Positions 47,901 to 56,900 of a stretch of 64,000 nucleotides of DNA are shown in pieces. A program made the translations under genes and the position numbers. The stretch comes from Clostridiales bacterium. Its GTDB lineage: Bacteria; Bacillota; Clostridia; Christensenellales; UBA1242. The stretch spans positions 105,188 to 169,187 of the forward strand of contig SVIR01000001.1 of assembly GCA_015069395.1 (NCBI GenBank). Reading direction: 5' to 3'. The notes under the pieces are model-generated. The model was given only the letters and a program-made list of their open reading frames with translations, did no database searches and was not told where the DNA came from. The first letter of the stretch is position 1, and every line of letters starts with the position of its first letter.

Positions 47901-50900
47901 GTTTGATGCTGGCAATGCGACCACAACTGGATATATTATTTCAACAACAGATGGATTGAGGATTCAAGTTCCTGAAACTATGGGTGTTAATATAAGAACA
48001 ACAGTTGCTTGTGCTGGAGGCGAAGTTTCGGGTTATCAAATCAACGTAATAAATGCTAAATATTATTTAATAAGTTTGACTATTAATATTGCAGATACTG
48101 CAGAAGTTTTAAATGCGGGAAGCATAAATTATAGTTATGAATTTGTAGTAGAAATTGAAAAAGCTTCTTTTGCAAGTGAAATCTCGGTTTATCTTTCTGA
48201 TGCGGCAAAACTTTCAAATATCAAAGAGATTATGAAGCCTTTTGTTGCAGCAAGTGACGAAATCTTAAGCAAAACGACTTTAGAGACTGTGTCAACTTTT
48301 GTACAAACAAAAGAAGGGTTGACAGAGAAGACAAAAGACGAAATTTATGAGTATTTAATGACAAAGTATTACCTCATGACAAATACAAATGATGGAAGAC
48401 TTTACAAAACTTATAAATCTTGGACGTTTGCTGATTTTGAAGCATATAAAGTTGGCGATGTTGGTGGTTTTAATGAAGCAATTTCAAACACAAATATGTT
48501 TACTTATTACGATTATGAAAACGAGAAGACGTCTGAAGAAGTTGAACGATATACTTCTTTGAAATTAGTTTCAAATTCAGTTTCAGAAGTTTTGAATGTA
48601 AGTATTTTCAATGTTGAAATTATAGCGACTGCAGAAAGTTTGATTGCAAACACACCTGCAAAGGCAAGACTCTATCTTTCTGGTAGTGGATTAGAGAACT
48701 ATTATTATAATGAAGGTGAGAGAGGAAACTATATTGAAATTGATGGAGCTTTTGTTTTAAAAAATATACTTAGCGTATCAAACAGTTCTTCTATTACATC
48801 TTCATATTACAACGAAAATGAATCCGAGGTTGCTGTTTCTTGGTATGAAAATATTGGATCTGTACAAATTGCAAACAGTGGAGAAACTGGGTATCAAGTT
48901 GCAGACAATTTGTATCTGATAGGTGATATGGTTACTTCAAACGCAGGCACTAAAGTAGGGAATACAATATACACCTATTATGGCGAAGAAAATTATTTGT
49001 TGTGGAATAATGTTTTATTGTATGTGCAAGAAGGAGAGGAATTTAGAGATGTTACTGACTTGTTTAAATTGATAGTTCCTCATGACGATAGTTATACTAT
49101 ACTTGGAACTGAAGGCCTTATGCAAATCAATGTCACAGCAATGCTTGCTACAATAACTGCTGGAACTTATACAGAATCTCAAATTCAATCTGCTCTGGCG
49201 AGAGGATTGTTGAGAATTACAAAAGTAACATACAGCACAGGTGCTGGGATTTCATTTAAAAATGGTGGAGCTCTTGATGTTGAAGTATTTTATGATCAAG
49301 GGGTTGCTGTTTATCAAATCTTCTCAAATGATGCAAACAGCGTATCGATTGTCGCAAACAAAATGGTTGAATCTATTGAGGTTGCTGTTTCGTCTCAATT
49401 TATTGGGGATTATATAGGGCTTAAAACATGGTCTTCGGATTTCAACGCTGACATTTTAGAAGGATTAGCTGAAAACACTTCAATAACATTTAATTTAGAT
49501 TTTTCGAATGAATCTGAAATTGTTGTAGATGCAAATGGTGAAACATATAGAATGGATAATTCTAGCTTTGCAGAGCTAAATTATTATGCAATTTATTCTG
49601 ACTTGGTTTTGGCTAGGTTTGATTATAATCTCCCTGAAGAAACCACTCAGACTACAGTTTTGCAATTGGGGGTTAGCACAGATATTGAACATCCACTTGT
49701 ACATGGACTTCTTTTCAAAGAAATGAAAATTCAAAGGGTAGATGGAACGTGGGTAGACTATACTTCGATGTTTCCTGGAGGAGTATTTAAAGGTGTTAAC
49801 TATGACTTCGATCCTACTGGTGTAACAGAGACAGAACTTTTGCTTGCTAAACAATTGAGGCATCGTAGCATTGTTTTGAGTGTAACTTGGTTGCCTCAAG
49901 ATATTCGATTAGATGCTAAAGAGCCTTTAGAATTTGAATATGCCGTAGGTACTTTTACAGGAATGAATTATTCTGATATCGCAGACATAGTCAACTTGAA
50001 TGAAAGCATCTATACTTATACTTATACTTGGACTAATGTCGACACAGGTGTAGTGGTTTCTCAAAAAGCACAACTTGTTTTAAAAGATTATGGTGCTTAT
50101 GCAGATAGTGGAGAATACAGTTTAAAAATTTCTGCTACTGTAAATAGAAGATATATTGTTTCTGGAGCAATATCTGAAGCAGATAGTACAAAGTCTGCTA
50201 GTGTAAATTTTGTTCTGACATTTAATAGATATAAGTTGGTTGGGGTTACGCTTCCAAGCGACACGACCATTGTTTATGATGGAACGGATCACGCCTTAGA
50301 CTGGATAATTGTTGTACAATATAGCGAATATGACAATGATGCAGAGGACTATTCTGACGAAGTGTTTACACAAAATTATAACTTGTCTGTTAAAGATGGT
50401 ATTAGTTTTAAAGTAAATGGTTCAACAAAAATTGAAATGAAGAATGTTGGAAGTTATACTGCCGAGATTCTCTTTAATGAAGATGCTTATGATCTTTCGT
50501 ATATAGGCACTTTTGATAGAAATTTTGTCTGTACAATTACTCCAGCAACCATAGATTTACAAGAATTTGATATTGAATTTTCTAAAAAGTTTAATGGTGA
50601 AGATGGCATTCTCGAAGAAGAAATCTATGGTGAAAACGAAACTATAAAAGTAGAATTTACGAGAGAAGCCGGAGAAGATGTAGATACTTATGATCTTTAT
50701 TTCAAAAGCAATTTGCAAACACCAAACAACAACTACAATTTTGTTTATGGTGATACCAAAGTGTTTGAAAATGGAGTTTTGACAGCTCAAGCAGCTACCA
50801 CATCGGTTGGGACATTTAGTATTACTGCAACAGGAAATCTTGTCTTGTCTTATTTAGTAACACAAGAAAATCCAAATGTAATTACTGCTCCTTATGATGC

Positions 50901-53900
50901 CAACGGTTATACGCTAAGCTTTACAGATGGTTTTATATTCAATATTTTTAAAAATGGAACTACATACAAACAAATTTCTTTAAGACTTTTTGACGAAGAC
51001 AACAACAAAGAAATTAGTGATTTAGACATCTTGTCATTATTTAGTTCAACTTTTGTACAATTAGAGCCAAAGTTTGACAATGGTGACGTTTTGGATGCTG
51101 CTATAAATGGAGGAATTTACGAATATTATATTGAGAATACTCCTATTAGCAAATATTTCTCTGCAGTTGTTTTTGAAGACGATTATCAATTCAAGATTGA
51201 TGGAATTGAAATTGATGTATCTGCTTTCGTATTTGAAAAGGTTTATGATGGAAGTCAATATCAATACTTTACAATTGCCGGACAAGAAATTTCAGATATT
51301 TCAACATATAGTGGAGCATATGTTCAAGCACAATATGCTTCTATGCATAGTGGAGAAAACTATAGAGTAAAACTTGACCTTACAAGTGTAAACTATGAGG
51401 GTTTCCTTGGGAATTATACGTTGTCAAATTATACAGCCTTAGGGAAAATTACAAAACTTTCTGCTACTATGGATGTTACTTTGAAAGAAGCGAGCTATAC
51501 ATATGGTGATGTAACTATCAATGATATGAATGAAATTGTAAACTATACTATTACCGATTCGGAAGGAAATGATGTAACAGATTTGCTTGTTAATGGATAT
51601 TACACATTAAACTTTTCTGTAGATGGAACTGTAAATCCTATTGGTTGTCTTTATAAAGGAGATTATGAAATGAGAGCCAATGGAGAATTCCAAGATTTTG
51701 TAATGACTATAAACACCCCAAGATTAACAATTGAGGCTTTGACATATCAATTGCATATTTCAAAAGGATACAAAGTTGCAGAAGTTGGAGACATAGTAGA
51801 AGCTGTCTATACCGATCAAGTTAAGATTTATGAAACAGGAGATACTCTTGATATAGAATTTACGGTTGACGGACTGACACCTGGTACAATATTGACGGAT
51901 ATTGGAACATATTTCTTATCTCTAGTAAATAATAGGTATGCAAATGATAGTATTATTGTAGAGCTGGTACAGGACATTGGAGGGTTTGAAGTTGTCGCTT
52001 CTACTGCCACCATTTATATAAGAATTGTTGACGAAAGTATTTTAACAAAACGTTACAACCAACAAGCTTATGCAATCTCTTATGATGCAACAGTAAAGAC
52101 AATTTCAATTTCAAACCAAAGTACTAGCACGTCTGCTTTTGAAACCTATACTAAAAATCAAGAAGGTGAAGAAGTTTCAGTAGAAATCGAGTTTACAGAT
52201 TTTGCATTGTTGCTTGGCAGAGATGTTGAAGTTACGGAAGTTGGCGATTATAAATTGAACCTGACTGCTTCTTGTGTAAATTATTCTTCAATTGTTTTTG
52301 AGAAAGAATATTATTTTACAATTTCTAAAATTTCAGTAAATACAGTTCTTATTAGCACAACAAAGACTTATACAGGAAACACAAATTTTGTAGAAGAGAA
52401 CTTTGCAGAAAAGCTGGTAGGGGATAATGTTACAATTGTTATTAAATTTGATACAGCCAATGTAGGGGTTAACAAAACAGGAACATTCTATTTGCAAGGG
52501 GCAGACCGATCGAATTATGAATTGTCTACATCTACATTCAATAATGGCATAATAAACAAAGCAGAGGCTTCGATTGTAATTTCGAATCTTGAACACGTTT
52601 ATGGAAGTTTCTTTAATACGGACAAGTTGCAATACAGAGTAGTTTCTGGTGGCGACTATGTTATTTCTGATCAATATACAGTCGAACTAGCAATAGACGA
52701 TGCCGTTTATACAGATAGGGGGTATTTAGAAGTTGGAGAATACTCAATTTCAGCGACGACACTTACCTCAAGCAACTATAATATCGAATTTACAACAGAA
52801 ATCCTGAAAATAACACCTTATCAATGGGATTTGAAACTTGTAGCAAACGGAGAAAAGACTTTTGTATTTGATTCGGAAGAAAGCAAAATTTTTACATTTG
52901 ATTATACTTTCCAATCTCCTCTTTTTGAAGATGTTTTGGTAACACTTACCCGTGAAGAAGGCATTTCAGTAGGATTCTATAAAGTATTGAGTGGAGTTAC
53001 AACAAACAAAAACTATATCTTGACCGTTGAAGACTTGTCTGCAAGGGGGTTTGTTAAGATTATAAAACCAGAAGAAATTTTGTATGCCCTGCTTTCAAAT
53101 GAAGAAACTATTGATGCCACTGATGTGAGTTTGGGTGTAACAGCAGAAATAGAATATGATGCAAACGTCTATGATCAAGCAGAGGTTGTTGAAAACAAAA
53201 CTGAAGCAAAATATTATTTGACGTTTACAAGCAGTTTAAATGAAAATGTTAAAAAAGAATTTGAACTAAACTTCTATCTTTTTGATAGTGAAAATGATGT
53301 TTATAACAGAGCCAATGCTGTTGTTGAAGGTTTAGAAACGACTATTTCTATTTTGAACGCTTCAACGGTTTCGAACGTTGGAACATATAGCTTGCAAAGC
53401 TCTGAAACAAAGTCTTTGAGTTATGAAGTGAGAATGGGAAAAGCAAATTCGCTTTATAGCTTCTTTGTAAGCATTACTCCAAGACAACTCTATTTCAAAG
53501 AAGAATTGCTTAGCAAGGAGTTTGACAATAAAGATGCAATCTTTGAATATGAAGATGCAAATGAAATGCTCGACAGAATTATAGAAGGAGAGCAAGTTTC
53601 TTTGGATTTGAGATTTGTTAGGGCTGGCGAAGTAGTTAAATATGCCGGAACAAACTATGATATTGCTGGGGAAATTTTTGGTCTTGATGCTGGAAATTAT
53701 GAACTAAATCTGACAACATTAGAAGGTGTTCTAGTTAAAGCAAATATCGACAGAGCAAATATTACATTTATTATCAATACACAAGCATTTATATATGGCG
53801 AAGAAATTGCTCTCGATTATTCTTATCGTACAGACGTTGATTTGACAGGTTATGACGAATCAAAACTTTATATCGAACTTCGTATTGATGCGTCTGCAGA

Positions 53901-56900
53901 AAATTATTCTTCAAGTGGCAATTTGAAAGTTGGAGAATATAGCATTATTCACTTCTTTGGAGGACAAGATTTCAAGATTGAAATGTTTATTACAGACAAT
54001 GTTGAATATACGGACAATCAGGTTGTTCCTGCAAAAGTAATAGTACAAAAGAAGATGTTGGATTATAGTGCAGTAGAAGGACACGAACTTCAATCTATCT
54101 TTACAAAAGTTTACGATGGAACAAGAGAAGTTAATATAGCTGATCAAGAAGGCAATATGTTTGTTGTCTTGGAAAACATAGTTGAAGGCGACGAAGTAAA
54201 TCTTGTTACTGCAACATACGCAAGTGAAAATCTTGGACAAACAATTCAAATTGATTTCACGCTAGACGGAGCAGACATAGAAAACTACGAAATTACCCCT
54301 TGGCTTTTTGGAACAATCAAGGCGATCATTGTTTCTATTGATTTTGATTATCCTGAAGGGATTGAATCAAACGTTATAAAAAATGGATTGAAAGAAATTT
54401 CAAAACTTGCATTCCCATTTATGTCAAATACCTATCTTACTTCAAACTCTGCAGAAGCCAATACAAACAGTATTGACAACTTCCCAACTTCGTTGACGGG
54501 AAGAACTGGATTCTCATTCTTATATTGGACACTGGACTTCTCAGGGATATCAAATGGTACGCAAAAATTGACATATCTTGATGGTTTGGCAAACTCTTTG
54601 AGTATTGAAAGCACATATGATGGTTATAATTATAGTTTCAGAGTAGACAATGGTGAAAGAACCATTAGGCTTTTGAATGCTTTGATTAGAGAAGATGTCG
54701 ACAACATAATGGGTTATTATTACAAAGAAAATGACAATATTTCATTTAGATTCCAACCAAAATGGGATACAAATAAGTATAGAGTTGTAGTAGTGGTTTC
54801 TGATTACAAGGGCACATCTTTGGGCCAAGTCGAAGTAGACGACGAAGATGGCGAGACAGAAAATCCTATAGTTACAACAACTTATACTGGAGATTTTGAC
54901 TACGGTCAAACAGTAACATTGACAGCTTCTGCAAACGAACACTGTTTCTTCTCGGGGTTCTATATAAATGGAACCTATTATACTGGAGGAAATCCTAATA
55001 TTACTTCAGCTCAAATTGGTTCAAATTATATTTTGCTTATTAATTCTGTAACTGAAAATATGAGTATTAATGTTGAATTTGTTGTTCAAAAAGTAAATCT
55101 AACGCTTGATTTGTCAACTTTTGAAAATGCAAGTGTAAACTCAAGCAATTTTGTTGAACAACCAGACGGAACTTACAAATGGGCAACAAACTATTTTGAT
55201 GGGCAATCAATTTATCTTTATGATATAGCTGAAACGATTAACAGAACTGGATATAGACTTTCAAAACTTAACGAAGTTGAAGAAACTGAATTTGGCACAG
55301 TATCAGTATCAAGCTTTGTAAGGTCAACGACAAACGAAGAGGTTTCTGTTGCTATTGTTCCAACTTTTGATCCTCTCGGCATTATGGTTACTTTGGACTA
55401 CAATTATGACGAAATTACAAAGACGCTTGAAGTGACTTATAAAGAAAAATATTCTCTTGCTACTGATTGGGAAGAAAACCCAACAAGAGAAGGTTATAAT
55501 TTTGCAGGTTGGTTCGACGAGGGAGGACAGCAAGTTATTGGAGATAATATTGTTGAAGTTGTAGATGCCCATACCTTGACGGCAAAATGGGATATTAAGA
55601 AACATTCGATTGTTTTGACTGCAGAAAACGTTACAATTTCAGACAGCAGTGTTGAATTTGTAAACGAAGGAAACGTTTATTCTGCATCTAATATTGATTA
55701 TGGAACCACAATTACATTTAAGGTGACTCCAGTTTCTGGATATCAAATTGCTTCAAATTGGTCAAGCGACTTCACTGTTGTGGTGAATGAAGATAGATCT
55801 GCCGATGTAGAAGTTTTGTTGATGTCTGACATAACTTACACAATTCCTGTTGAAACAAGGAAAAATATAGTTACTCTCATAGGAGAAAACATTGAAACCT
55901 TTGAAGTATTTGAAATTGTTGGAGAATCCCAAACCACGATTACCCTTGCTGAAAACGCTTTTGAGATAGACACAAGCAAGGTGTTTAAGGTTGTTGTAAC
56001 ACCAAAACTTGGATATTTAATAATAGATTCAATTGAAATTTCAGACGAAACGGGAATATCTGTTGAAAACAAATTGTTGGAAGGAAATGTGTTGACCTTT
56101 GAGGTTGTAGGCGTTTTCCAAGATATTGAAATCTCATTTGAAACAGAAATCCAAATGAATGACGTGACGGTTGTATTTGACAAAAACGAAGCAATCGAAT
56201 GGATTATGTATGACGATTTGATTTACAACAATATCGAAGAGTTGACATCATTTAATGTCGCAAGTTCGTTCGAATTTTATTTGTCATTTAATCACGGATA
56301 TGCTTTTAATAATGCTCATGCAGAATTGTTTAGCATTGTTAGTCAAGAAAAAATGGAATCGGGTAGCTTGATTGGTAAATATAAAATTGTGGTTGAAGAT
56401 ATTTATTCAGATGGAACAATCAATATCACTACAAAAAAAGCTCAATATACATTAACAGTTGAAGTTGTGTCTTATGACGAAAACAAAAATGTTGTTGAAG
56501 AGCCAAACAATAAAGCTTTTGTAAATGGATATGCGACTATAACAAAAGACTATCAAACTGTTGTTGAACTTACATATGAATTGGCACCCCTTTATAGTTT
56601 TGTAGGTTGGAGTAGGGATGGAATATTTGCTTTTGATGCTAGTGAAAAACTCAACTACGCGATTGTGGGAGACGAAACAATATATGCAATTTTCTCTACA
56701 TTAAAGTTTACTATAACTTTTGAAAGTCTTTCTTATTACAAAGTTAACACAGAACTTGGAGAAGATTATGAGAAAGATGTTTATGTTTCAATCAAAGGAA
56801 GTTATTTGGATAAAGAAACAAGTGAAAACTTGGAAATGATTGAAATTTATTATGGCTCTGACAAAGAAATAGTGTTTGAAGTTCCGGAAGGATACACTTA